From the NCBI RefSeq assembly GCF_009914755.1, contig NC_060927.1: a DNA stretch of 64,000 bases. One strand, 5' to 3'. Position 1 is the stretch's first letter, and every line of letters begins with the position of its first letter. Below, piece by piece: positions 28,387 through 43,506 of this stretch. Under the pieces are notes generated by a model, which had not been told where the DNA came from, searched no databases, and saw only the letters and a list, made by a program, of their open reading frames with translations. Position numbers and translations under genes: made by a program. The stretch is from the human T2T-CHM13v2.0 reference genome, Homo sapiens.

Positions 28387-28717
28387 AATTCCAGAGTGCT
28401 CCTTTTACTTAATTATGCCAATTTTGCTAAAGAGCATTTAAAAAACTACTTTCAAGGTGGTGGAGCAGCGGGCCTATCTTGGACAGTCGGGCCTGTTCCT
28501 TCTCTTAGGAAAGTCTGCATTACACTTTTGTCCTGCCTGCCTGAGTGGCCAATCTGAGTGACCCTGCTGCCACCATTGTCCCTTGGTCACCCTTTGGGTA
28601 GGGGAACTGTTCCCTCTACTTTTTCTGTATACTTCCCTTCACTTGGTATAGAGCATCTTAAACTTGAGAGGACAGAGAAGCACTTGGGAGCTTGCTTAAT
28701 AGAGATTAAAGGAAGAA

Positions 28718-31190
<2,473 letters not shown>

Positions 31191-31199
31191 CCCTAAGAA

Positions 31200-31282
31200 A
31201 CTGAATTTTTAAATATTTATTTTAATTAATTAAATTTAAGTAGCCACCTGTGGCTAGTGGTTACCATATCGGACAGCACAGC
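31200..31282. mobile_element. MER3-like fragment
   Basis: tagccacctgtggctagtggttaccatatcggacagcacag. Confidence 0.55.
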
Positions 31283-31341
31283 CCTCTAACCATTGAAAAT
31301 AGAGAGTTACTTCTGTGACAGGAAGCAAATCGTAAAGTTGG

Positions 31342-31575
31342 TTTACTAAAAATACAAAAATTAGCCAGGCGTGGTTGCACACGCCTGTAATCTCAGCCAC
31401 TAGGGAGGCTGAGGCATTTTTTATGTTTTGTTTATGTTTTATGCTTTATGTTTTTAGTAGAGACGGGGTTTCATCATATTGGCCAGGCTGGTCTTGAACT
31501 CCTGACCTCAAGTAATCTGCCCACCTCGGCCTCCCAAAATGCTGGGATTACAGGCATGAGCCACTGTGCTCGGCC
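31342..31575. mobile_element. Rearranged Alu (plus-strand linker/right-arm piece joined to a minus-strand left arm)
   Basis: Opposite-orientation Alu pieces joined by a TTTATG-like tract. Confidence 0.8.
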
Positions 31576-31576
31576 T

Positions 31577-32095
31577 AGTTAGGGCTCTTTTGGCTGCAAG
31601 TAACAGAAACCCATGATGGCTAGCTTAAGCCAAAAAAGAGGATTCATTTAAAGGTTGCGAGAGCATCCAAGGACAGAAACACAGCTCAGCCTCTGGGACA
31701 AACTGGAATCTAAGACTTGAGTCTTATCAACACTCTATCTGCTCCTCTCTTGCATCTGCCTCATTTTAGTTTCTCTCTGCAGACTGGCTTACACTTCTTT
31801 TCTACTCCACAATAAGCAAGTATGACTGCCAATAGCTCCTGAGATTATGTTTCCTCCATTCAGTACACCAGCCAAGCTGAGACTAGACTCTTTCAGTGCT
31901 CATTCCAAACACTTCTGGGAGGTGATCATTGGCCTCACTTGGCTCAGGTGTCTATTCCTGGTCCAGCTGTCTGTGACTGGGGGCAAGGTCAATCATAGCT
32001 GCATGAAGCCCTGCTGTTATGGCCTTGTAGTCCAGGAGGGTGGGCAGAAGCCAGGAAAAGAAATGGGGGCTGGGCAGGCAACCCCAGGGAGGCCA
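31577..32095. mobile_element. MLT1 (MaLR) LTR, old
   Basis: Start agttagggctcttttggctgcaagtaacagaaaccc...gcttaagc is typical of MLT1K/L. Confidence 0.5.
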
Positions 32096-32201
32096 CTACA
32101 ATTCTCATTCTACCATTTGGTGGCTCCCAATTACCTACTTTAGTCCTTCCCCTGAGCTTTCCCTCTCCTGAGCTATACCATGAATACACCCCAATCATCT
32201 C

Positions 32202-33081
<880 letters not shown>

Positions 33082-33259
33082 ATTCTAGGGATTTCAAACA
33101 CTATGTCATATTGCAGTGAAGGAGTTAGAATCTTTAGTGACCCACAAATCATATGACATAAACTTTGATATCCTATTTTTTTTTACCTCCATATTGATCC
33201 TACATAGAACTCAGATTCAAAAATCAAGGACAGCCTTTCTCACAATCTAAGCAAAGGAT

Positions 33260-33440
33260 TTATCTAGCTGTGTGATCTTGGGCATAACTCTGTGCTTTTC
33301 CTCATCTGTAAAATGGGGCAATAATAGCCATTACCTCACATGGTTGTTATTAAGATTAAATGAATTATTATATGTAAAGTGCTTAGAACAGAACCTAGCA
33401 ATAGTAAACACTATATAAATGTTAACATTGATTATTGTTA
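33260..33440 (+). mobile_element. MIR
   Basis: Core ctcatctgtaaaatgggg...gtaaagtgcttagaacag. Confidence 0.75.
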
Positions 33441-34223
33441 TTTAATTCATTGTTTCTTAAACTGCAGATTACAATGCATTAGTAGTGGACTTAAATACAA
33501 AGAAACAGAATAAAATTGAATGATCAGAGAGCATTGCTCATAGTAAGGATAAGTATTATTGTGGGTTGTGATAAATGTACCCAACCTGTGAGTTTTAATA
33601 TTTGCTCTTTTTGAATAATTTGAAGCAGTCCTTATAGCTTATTTGAATGTGCACAAGAAGACTGAGAAAACGAATGGAACTCCGTGGATGTGGGTCAAGT
33701 CCATTTGGTTTCAATGTCTGTTCTATCACCGATGAGCAATGTGGTTTAGCAGGCGACCTAAACTCTGTCTCAACTTCCCTTTTGTTAAAAAAAGGGGATT
33801 TCTTGTATGTATCTCATAAGAATAAGTGAAGCACTTTGAGCTACGTAGAGTCTAGCACTACTAATTCAGCATCTCTCAATTTATGGTTTGCAAATCATAG
33901 CTCGGCAATATCATAGAGCTGTTGCCAAGATAATAGTTCTTCCCATTTTTTTTTTTCCAGGAGAACGTCAGAGAAAAAAGTTTCTGATTTGCAATAAATT
34001 AAACTGCTTAACTTTCTAAACACTTATGAAATTCCTAGAATTGATAAGGAAATACACTTAATGTGACTATTACATTGATTTTAGAATTTTTTGCAAATTA
34101 AATATTGAAAATTCAAACATTTCTAACATGATCTTTCTCTATTTTACCATATCTGGCTACTCCTTTTTGTTTTTTTCTCTTTCCTTCCAGTTGCATGGAG
34201 CCTAAGTTAAAGCCTGAAAAAAC

Positions 34224-34970
34224 AGCTAGGCATGGTGGCATGCACCTATAGTCTGAGCTACTCAGGAGGCTGAAGTGGGAGGATTGCTTGAGTACAGGAG
34301 TTCAAGGCTGCAGTATGCTATGATCACATCTATGAACAGCCACTGTATTCCAGCCTGGGCAACATAGCTAGACCCTATCTTATTTAAAAAAGAAAAGAAA
34401 GGAAAAAAAGCTGGAAAAAAATAAAAGGAAGTGCTGCATGACACTATTCAGGGAGATGAGGTTAATAGTTTTTAAGCATGTGGTTTTCATCCTATTTTAT
34501 ACCTTACTATAAGGTATAAAAGTAGAAATAGGGACCTTGTAGATCCAGTAGTGACTTGGCAGATAAGAGGAGAAAGCAGTCCAGAGGAGAAACCCTACTC
34601 AACGAGGGGAAGATACTGTGCATTGGCAGTAACAGTAACACAAAACAAGTATGGAGGAATAAAGTGTAAAGGGAAGAGGACAGGTACGAAAATGATTAAA
34701 GTGCTGTGAAGAAGTTATAGATCAGACCGGGTGCTGTGGCTCACGCTTGTAATCCCAGCACTTTGGGAGGCCAAGTCGGGCAGATCACCTGAGGTCTGGA
34801 GTTCGAGACCAGCCTGGCCAACATGGTGAAACCCCCTCTCTACAAAAATACAAAAAATGAGCCAGATGTGGTGGTGCGCGCCTGTAGATCCAGCCACTTG
34901 GGAGCTAGCACCACTGCACTTCAGACTGGGTGAGAGAGCCAGACTCCATCTCAAAAGAAGAAAAAAAAAA
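34224..34970 (+). mobile_element. Alu monomer 34224-34388 and internally deleted Alu 34725-34970
   Basis: Alu consensus. Confidence 0.85.
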
Positions 34971-37819
34971 GTTAAAGATCATAATTCCGAAAAAAAGAAA
35001 TTAACGAAAAGCTACAGGAAAAAAATGAGATGGAAAAGGAAATGGTTGACATTCTTTTGTGAAACTGACCTCCTAGCATTTGACTTGCTGCTAAACAAAC
35101 AAACAAAACAAAACCTTTTAAACACATTTTTTTAAATCGAGGCTCAAGGAAGGAGGACTTTGGCAGAAGGACCATCAGAGACCATAACTGGTTTCTTTTC
35201 TTTGGAAAAGAGCAGAAGGTGTAAATGCAAACACAAGCCAGTGTTTGCATGCTCAATTAACATTTGAATTTCTTCCCCCTCCTTCATAAAAATAAAAATA
35301 ATTTATGTTGAATTTTTGCATCTTACCCTATCCTTTCTCATTTCCATCTTCTTTGTAATTAATATTAGTGGGTCATTATCAACAGATCAGTAAATGGAGA
35401 CAAAAGAAAAGCATTTGCCTCAAACTATTTATCAGGTCACAGAACAGAGCTGGCCTTCGAGTTTGTAACCTCTCCATTCTTGGTCTCTGTTATCAGACAG
35501 CCATAATTAACGAAGAAGACATTCTAGACTACCTAGTACCAGTTAATTTGGATCTTGTATCTGTACTATTTAATGGAAGAAGATGAAACAATAGGTAGTC
35601 CCCACCCCCAATCATTTGAAATTCTCATGCGCAGACAAGCACACTCTCATGGTGGTCTTGCTCAACTCCTGCTGGCAGCCAAGAAGGTGAGGTGGGAGGT
35701 CATGCAAAATCCACCTAATAACTAAATAACTATTTGTTGACCAATCCTTTAATTGACTTTTCGACACTGATGAAGACCATGAGCCTGTGGAATTACAAAA
35801 TTCATTACCTCGCAGTGCTTATTTTTTCTAAGGCCTGCATTTTCTGTGTCTGTGCAATTCTGTATTTGGAATAAAGAACCATTATCATTTGTGTTCAATG
35901 TCGTATGATACATACAATCAATTTTACTGATAACTTCTGAAAATCCTTAAGTAGGCCTGCAAAAATGTGCCTTCCTGTGAGCCTCCCCATCTGCCTCAGA
36001 TCTATGTATAAATGGACCCCGTTCAGTTTCACTTGCTTTCAAACGCGTACCTTTGAGGTTTGGGAATTCAAGGACAAAATGATTTTAATTTGATGCATTT
36101 TGTACTTTGACCAATAAGGGAAAAATAAATGCCCTCAAATTTGATTGGTTCTAGTCATATTTGCCGGTCACTATTTGTCAAACCATTGCACTTAAAATCC
36201 CAGGCATGAAAGATCTCTCAAAAACAGATTTCTGAGGAATGCAAATCAACAGAACGGGGAGGCGGATTAATGTGTTTGATTTCTCAAAAGTCTATTTACT
36301 GTCCAATTTATCTTCGTCCTTGGACATGCTAGCAAGTAATTATTCTTATGGCTGGTAAAATGACTGCTAAACATTTATTAATAATTGCAGTTTTGGAATT
36401 ACTTTTTTATTAACCAGTCATGTTGGTTTCTAAAAATTGTTACTTCTGGCTAGACACAGGAGCCAGGTGCTGAGAGTTGACCTGGTGCCAAGTTTCAGGA
36501 CTGTCCAGTCTTCACATCAGATCTTCAGCTAGGCCTTCTGAATATTCTCACAGTTAGAAAATCTATCCCCCTAGACTCGCAGATGCTGTTTTTCCCCCAC
36601 TGGCTCTGCACAGAACATCATTATCTTTGCCACGCTTCTGTCTCTATGGCAATAACAGATGGAAAGTGCTGTGGAATTATTCATGTTCAGGAAAGGAGGC
36701 AGTCAAGAAGGAAGAAAAGGTGGGGGGGCGGGGTGGAGAGGGGGCACGACCTGGGAGCTCGGCGGTGGAGGCCTAAGGAAGGGAACTTGGGTGGGGGTGC
36801 GGGGAGTGGTGGGGATTGAGAGGCTTGTGAGCCTTTCGGAGGCCTGTTGTGAGGAAAAAAAAAATAATAAAAAGTACGAGCACAAGAGTATTTCCAGCCG
36901 GCCGACTGCAAATGTGGGCCCCCACAGGAACAACCCGAAGCAGTAAAACTAGAAGAAATTGGACGAAAATGGGGGGGAAAAAAGGGACAAAGCTCGAGTC
37001 TCCTGAATTTTGTGCACTGCTACTCGGTGGACTATTTCAGTTCCTGATCTTGTGGTGGGGTGGAGAAAAGGGGATTTCTTGGTGTTTCGAAATGTGACGG
37101 AGCAGCTCTGCAGAGTTCAATATGCTAATCGGCTACCCTGGGAACCAGGAAGACCACCCTACACGCCTCAGAGGGTCACAGCCGGAAAGCTCTTGAGTCC
37201 TATCTTCCCTACCTCGTCTCGTCCCTCTCCAAAAAAAAACACACACAAAAAAACACCCTCAGTAAACACTGTAAAAACCTTTAATTTATAGCTCCCTTCT
37301 GGAACCGAGAGAGCAGCCTGGTGGGGTGGAGGCAGGAGGCTGGGGAGTAGGGACAGAAATGTTTGCTCTCGGTTTTGCCGGAACTTTGGCCACCCCTCCC
37401 GCCCGGCCCGATGGCGGATGGAGGTCAGCCAGGGGAAGGCGTCTGGGTGGAGGCCGCCCGGGCGAGGCCGGGGCCGCCGGGGCGGGGCGGAGCGCCGGCA
37501 GCTGGCTGGGCGGCCCTCGGGCAGGAGGCCCCGCGGGGGCGAGGGGCAGCCCAGGAGGGAGGTCCCGCGGGGGCGGGGAGCAGAGCCGGCCCCGGGGGCC
37601 CTGCAGGGCGGCCGCCGCCCGGCTGCCTCCGGGGCGGGGCGGCCCAGCTGCGGCCCCGCAGGGGGAGGGTCGCCCGTGCCTGACCTCGGGCGGCGGCACT
37701 CTGCCGGGCGGGCACTGCCTCCGCCCTGCCGGCTGCTGGGGTCGCGCACAGTGCACCGCGCGGCTGCCCTGCCCCCTCTTCCCCGCTGCGCGGCGTCCGA
37801 GCGGCCAGGGCGCCCCCGC

Positions 37820-38264
37820 GTCTGGCCCATCACCACAGAGCGGCGGGTGGGGCGGGGGCGGGGCGGTGGCCCCAGACAGCCGGCTGGGCGACTAGAGGAA
37901 GGAAGGAGGGAGGGCGGCGGTGAGGGTGGGGTGGGGAGGGAACATCCTGTCTGCGCCGGGTGCACCGCAGACAGCGCCGCGCGCCAGCTTCCCAGACGGC
38001 GCGCGGGGCCAGAAGCGCCGGGCGCGCGCCTGGGGGGAGGGGCACGCGCGCGAGACGACGGGGCCAGGGGGGCGCTCTGAGGAGCCACAATAGGCCAGAC
38101 GGCACGCGCGTCCACGAGGGGGCCGGGAGCCGCGAAGTGGCGGCGGCGGCGACGACGCCGGCGGGCCCGCGCGCGCGGCGCCGCCGCTGGCTCCGTTCCC
38201 TTCCCCTCCCCCTCCCCGCCGCCCTCGCTCTCCCCCGGGCGGCCGGAGACGGCGGCGGCGTCTG
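37820..38264. promoter_or_regulatory. Cluster of SMAD-binding elements (CAGAC/GTCTG) with GC-rich motifs
   Basis: GTCTG at 37820, 37949 and 38260; CAGAC at 37873, 37968, 37993 and 38096. SKIL is an established TGF-beta/SMAD target. Confidence 0.65.
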
Positions 38265-38287
38265 CGGGAAGCTGTGTGTCTCCGCAG

Positions 38288-38320
38288 TGACGTGGGCGGG
38301 CCGAGGACTCGGTGACGTCA
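38288..38320. promoter_or_regulatory. TGACGTGG motif plus full CRE TGACGTCA
   Basis: TGACGTGG at 38288-38295 and palindromic TGACGTCA at 38313-38320, with a GC box between them. Confidence 0.6.
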
Positions 38321-38324
38321 GAGG

Positions 38325-38415
38325 GCTGTGTGTAGCGATGTGTGTGGGGTTCGGAGCCGCGCCGGCACAGCCGAAGGGAGCGGGCGAGCGGCGACGGCGG
38401 CGGCGGCGGGCACAG
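38325..38415 (+). other. SKIL: Probable non-coding SKIL exon 1 (start approximate)
   Basis: Lies in the CpG-island core after a CRE, contains a short GGC run and ends at donor CAG|gtgcgg (38415/38416). The TSS is inferred. Confidence 0.65.
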
Positions 38416-39965
38416 GTGCGGCTCCGGCTTACGGCGGCGACGCGGCGGAGGCGGCGGGAGGCCAGAGGCGCTCACCCTCCTAGGAGCCCGACGGCGGCGA
38501 CAGGGGCGGTGGGGAATTCACAAAGCTCGTCGAGCTTACCCGGGCACCGAGGCCCGAGTAGGGGATTTGGATGCGCGGGTCCCGGGTGGGGTCGGGGCCA
38601 GAGGGGGTCGCTAGGCGGGTGTTCCACGGCTGATCACGCTTCGTTGGCCCCAGGCGGTGGGCGCCGGCAGGGCAGGGCGCTGTAGTTGACGGGAGCTGCG
38701 GGGACCCCGGAGACCCGGACGCCCGTCACCGCCCCCCTCCCCCAGTCCAGCAGCGCTCCGCGGGGATGCCCTGGTCTCGACCCGGTCCGTCAGCCCCCGG
38801 CGGCGCAGGGATCCGCGCCCGGCGCCTAAACTGCCCTGGTGTCCTCTTCGTTCTGGCCCGGGGCTGGCGGGGGGAGGTGCAGCATTAGGGGCGCTGAGGT
38901 GACACCCGAGAACTTCCCAGGGAGAGGGTGCGCGGGGGGGTGGATTTCCACAGTCCTTCCCGCGGCCCCCGCGGGGGGGCGGTGTTGGGAGGGCACTTGG
39001 GGTTATCCCAGGCTCGCCGGTGGGGGTGGGGGGACTCCTCCCTTTACTTCCCTCCACCCCCTTGCACACCCACCCCCAGGCTTCCCGTGTCCCTTGTTCT
39101 CCCTCTCTCCGGGTTAGAGATAGGTGGGTGGCTTTGAGTGGGCGGAGGACTTCAGGGTTTTAGGGGCTCCCCCATTCTAGGTCATGCCTCTTGCTCTCTT
39201 CCTTGGCCTGTGTTGAGTAAGGTGTGTTCCTGTGGTGGACGAAAGTCTGTACGATGGTTGGTGGCATTGGTCCTTAATCCTTTGGGTCTGTTTTAAGGTA
39301 AAGTGCTGAGAGTTTGGGAAGCAAAAATTTCTATTTATTGGATTTCTTTTGGCTTTTCTCTCAAGAAGGAAGTGGAAAAAGAGTCTTTTCTTTTTCCCTC
39401 TTCCTCCATTTGCATTCTTTGTGAGGTTTGTCTGCCTTGTGCTTTTTGTCCCGGATTAGTCTTGTTGAAGGATGGAGATTCCCAGGCGTGGAGTCTATAG
39501 CTTTTGGCTTCCATTAAGTAAAATCGCTAACCTTTTTTTAAGAGAAAGTTAATTTTTGCCTGCAGTCATTCCAGAAAAATAGTGTACACGGACTAGCTGA
39601 ATTAATCCACTTAAAATTGTAACTTAGTTACATATGGTAGATATGTTAACTCCTATCTGATTTTTTTGGATGAAACTGTTGTTTTGTTTTTAAATAGGAG
39701 ATGAAGTAATGGATTTTTTTCCCTCCCTTAAAATGGCATAGCTGAGAAAGCCCCGGTACTACTAATTGAGATGATCTGCTTAAGAGTCTTCATATTCTGA
39801 ACTCGAAAGGCCTTTTATGTTATATTATTGCTCGCTTTACGCAACTCCAAATTGCTTTCCTATTTAAATGAATGTTCTTCTAGTAAACTGGTGTTAGATT
39901 TAAAGAAATCACTCAAGCTTCACCTTGGTAAACTGAACTCAGTTTAAGATTAAGAAACTGATTTC

Positions 39966-40268
39966 GGCCGGGTGCGGTGGCTCACGCCTGTAATTCCAGC
40001 ACTTTGGGAGGCCCGGGCGGGCGGATCACCTGAGGTCAGGAGTTCAAGACCAGCCTGACTAATATGGTGAAACCCCGTTTCTACTAAAAATACAAAAAAA
40101 TTAGCCGGGTGTCGTGGCTTGTGCCTGTAGTCCCAGCTACTCCGGAGTCTGAGACAGGAAAATTGCTTGAACCCGGGAGGCGGAGGTTGCAGTATGCCGA
40201 GATCGCTGCACTTCAGCCTGGGCGACAGAGCGAGACTCCGTAAAAAAAAGAAAAAAAAAAAAAATAAA
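39966..40268 (+). mobile_element. AluS in SKIL intron 1, ~80 nt before the exon 2 acceptor
   Basis: Full dimer with many CpGs retained; TSD aagaaactg(a/g)tttc. Confidence 0.93.
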
Positions 40269-40351
40269 AGAAACTGGTTTCAAATTGGCCCTTTGGCCTC
40301 TGGAGCAAATTCAAATGTAACTCTTCCCCAACCCCCCTTCTCTTCTTCCAG

Positions 40352-40984
40352 ATTAATTAAAAGAAGAATGAACTATAATCCTTGAAGATAACTGGGCAAT
40401 TTTTTAAGTCGGAGGCTGTTCTTACTGGTGTGAGGATTTACACACGTCTTCAGTTTTTCAGCACAGACCAGCAGACCATCATTTTTAGAGGAAATACTCC
40501 CTCTGCCCTCCTTTTTGGTTTCCTTGGTGGTAAAGATTAAATTTGGTTGCATCATTTTGACTTGTGTTTGAGTCTAGGTTTTATGGCACAAGGAATGGCA
40601 TAAACTTTTCATGTGTTTTGGTTAAAACAAACCAGACCATTGCATTGACCCTGGACATCTTTAATTGAGAAATTGGTAACTTTATTTTAATATGTATATC
40701 TGAAGAATTCAAGAAAACAAAGGCATCCTCAGAGGTGTGCCTCTTTTCTTTATTATTAGAGGCAAAACGAACAATTTTATAGGATTTGTAGTGAAATTAT
40801 ACCAGATTATAAGGAGAACCAAAACTAAGTCGCAAAATTTATTAATTTAAGGGGCTCTCGCTTTGAAAGTTTGAGAGTAAGTTACGATAGGCATTTGTAT
40901 CCATTCATTACTTTCCTCTTTTCAAATAAGCAACTAAATAGAAATGCTAATCTCAGACTTAATTATTTAACAGAAGAGTGTACC
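40352..40984 (+). other. SKIL: SKIL exon 2 5'UTR (633 nt) with multiple uORFs
   Basis: Long pyrimidine tract ctcttccccaaccccccttctcttcttccag ends at 40351. uATGs at 40368, 40583, 40595, 40611, 40692 and 40944. Confidence 0.8.
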
Positions 40985-42082
40985 ATGGAAAACCTCCAGA
41001 CAAATTTCTCCTTGGTTCAGGGCTCAACTAAAAAACTGAATGGGATGGGAGATGATGGCAGCCCCCCAGCGAAAAAAATGATAACGGACATTCATGTAAA
41101 TGGAAAAACGATAAACAAGGTGCCAACAGTTAAGAAGGAACACTTGGATGACTATGGAGAAGCACCAGTGGAAACTGATGGAGAGCATGTTAAGCGAACC
41201 TGTACTTCTGTTCCTGAAACTTTGCATTTAAATCCCAGTTTGAAACACACATTGGCACAATTCCATTTAAGTAGTCAGAGCTCGCTGGGTGGACCAGCAG
41301 CATTTTCTGCTCGGCATTCCCAAGAAAGCATGTCGCCTACTGTATTTCTGCCTCTTCCATCACCTCAGGTTCTTCCTGGCCCATTGCTCATCCCTTCAGA
41401 TAGCTCCACAGAACTCACTCAGACTGTGTTGGAAGGGGAATCTATTTCTTGTTTTCAAGTTGGAGGAGAAAAGAGACTCTGTTTGCCCCAAGTCTTAAAT
41501 TCTGTTCTCCGAGAATTTACACTCCAGCAAATAAATACAGTGTGTGATGAACTGTACATATATTGTTCAAGGTGTACTTCAGACCAGCTTCATATCTTAA
41601 AGGTACTGGGCATACTTCCATTCAATGCCCCATCCTGTGGGCTGATTACATTAACTGATGCACAAAGATTATGTAATGCTTTATTGCGGCCACGAACTTT
41701 TCCTCAAAATGGTAGCGTACTTCCTGCTAAAAGCTCATTGGCCCAGTTAAAGGAAACTGGCAGTGCCTTTGAAGTGGAGCATGAATGCCTAGGCAAATGT
41801 CAGGGTTTATTTGCACCCCAGTTTTATGTTCAGCCTGATGCTCCGTGTATTCAATGTCTGGAGTGTTGTGGAATGTTTGCACCCCAGACGTTTGTGATGC
41901 ATTCTCACAGATCACCTGACAAAAGAACTTGCCACTGGGGCTTTGAATCAGCTAAATGGCATTGCTATCTTCATGTGAACCAAAAATACTTAGGAACACC
42001 TGAAGAAAAGAAACTGAAGATAATTTTAGAAGAAATGAAGGAGAAGTTTAGCATGAGAAGTGGAAAGAGAAATCAATCCAAG
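40985..42082 (+). CDS. SKIL: SKIL (SnoN) first coding exon (exon 2 CDS), aa 1-366: SMAD2/3-binding region, Dachshund-homology domain, D-box, SAND-like SMAD4-binding domain
   Basis: accATGg Kozak at 40985. Translation [17 protein letters not shown]...SGKRNQSK is recognisable SnoN: [31 protein letters not shown] (D-box), [25 protein letters not shown] motif VKKE (K50). The 1098 nt end at AAG|gcaagt. Confidence 0.98.
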
Positions 42083-42232
42083 GCAAGTTTTTTATATCAA
42101 TTTTTAATAATGGTAATGGTTTACTTTGAAATGAAAATTCTATGTTTAGTGTGTAACTTAACCTGTATGTTGAACATTGCTCATGCAACAACAACAAAAT
42201 ACCGATTGATATATTTGTATTGCAGTTTTTAG
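40985..42232 (+). CDS. SKIL: Intron-2 read-through isoform, 415 aa (SnoA-type C-terminus ASFLYQF...YLYCSF)
   Basis: The ORF stays open 49 codons past the GC donor to TAG at 42230-42232. 415 aa matches the recalled SnoA length. Confidence 0.75.
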   Translation: MENLQTNFSLVQGSTKKLNGMGDDGSPPAKKMITDIHVNGKTINKVPTVKKEHLDDYGEAPVETDGEHVKRTCTSVPETLHLNPSLKHTLAQFHLSSQSSLGGPAAFSARHSQESMSPTVFLPLPSPQVLPGPLLIPSDSSTELTQTVLEGESISCFQVGGEKRLCLPQVLNSVLREFTLQQINTVCDELYIYCSRCTSDQLHILKVLGILPFNAPSCGLITLTDAQRLCNALLRPRTFPQNGSVLPAKSSLAQLKETGSAFEVEHECLGKCQGLFAPQFYVQPDAPCIQCLECCGMFAPQTFVMHSHRSPDKRTCHWGFESAKWHCYLHVNQKYLGTPEEKKLKIILEEMKEKFSMRSGKRNQSKASFLYQFLIMVMVYFEMKILCLVCNLTCMLNIAHATTTKYRLIYLYCSF

Positions 42233-42234
42233 GC

Positions 42235-42390
42235 CATAAAGTGCTTTGCAGTATGTTTCCTCATTTGACTTTCCAAACATCCTGTGAGAGAAGTAAGACT
42301 ATTATTCCGTTTTACAGATAAAGTGAATGAAGCTCAGAGAGATAAAATGACTTTCCCAAAATTATGTAGCCAGGGAGTGGAGGAGTTAGG
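42235..42390 (-). mobile_element. MIR immediately after the read-through stop
   Basis: attattccgttttacagataaagtgaatgaagctcagagag...tgactttcccaa. Confidence 0.6.
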
Positions 42391-42395
42391 GCTTC

Positions 42396-42536
42396 TTTTT
42401 TTTTTTTTTTGTGCTTTTAGTAGAGGCCAGGTTTCAGCATGTTGGCCAGGCTGGTCTTGAACTCCTGACCGCGTGATCCGCCCACCTTGGCCTCCCAAAG
42501 GGCTGGGATTACATCCTTGAGCCCCTGTGTCCAGCC
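42396..42536 (-). mobile_element. Alu left arm, antisense
   Basis: Monomer with TSD agggcttcttttt. Confidence 0.85.
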
Positions 42537-42873
42537 AGGGCTTCTTTTTCTTATCCTCTTTGGCACACATCTTGCTTCTTGACCACTACATCTGTTGTTT
42601 TTCTAGGACTCGATAATTTGCGCTTTGGTGTTATCTCCATTTGCAAATGGTACAATGGCCACAATTCCCGTGGGCTCAAAACAGCATTTTTCAGAGATAC
42701 ACCTATGATTTCTGATGTTTCTATGTTTGGATATTCAGGCTTGCTCAATATTTGAAACAAATGGAAAAGACATGTATCTGAAGAATTTGTGATTTGAAAG
42801 GAATAACAAAAAAAATGACAGCTAGAGTAAGGAAAAGTTATTTTAAACTAATAAAATATTAATATAAAAACCT

Positions 42874-43506
<633 letters not shown>

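Larger units (their letters stand above)
37340..39120. promoter_or_regulatory. CpG island / SKIL promoter
   Basis: Very high GC and CpG density, many GGGCGG boxes and G-tracts, directly upstream of SKIL exon 2. Confidence 0.93.

Noticed and set aside
38388-38410. GGC run in exon 1 as an expansion locus
   Set aside because: Only about five uninterrupted units, ordinary for CpG-island 5'UTRs.
37168-38685. Long overlapping ORFs in the CpG island (435 aa on minus; 241, 220 and 189 aa on plus)
   Set aside because: Low-complexity Pro/Arg/Gly/Ala translations in several frames are expected where GC-rich DNA lacks stop codons; no recognisable domain.
40871-40984. 38-aa N-terminal extension in the ORF track (TTG start)
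   Set aside because: Non-AUG start; the known protein begins MENLQ at a good Kozak ATG (40985), and nothing supports the extension.
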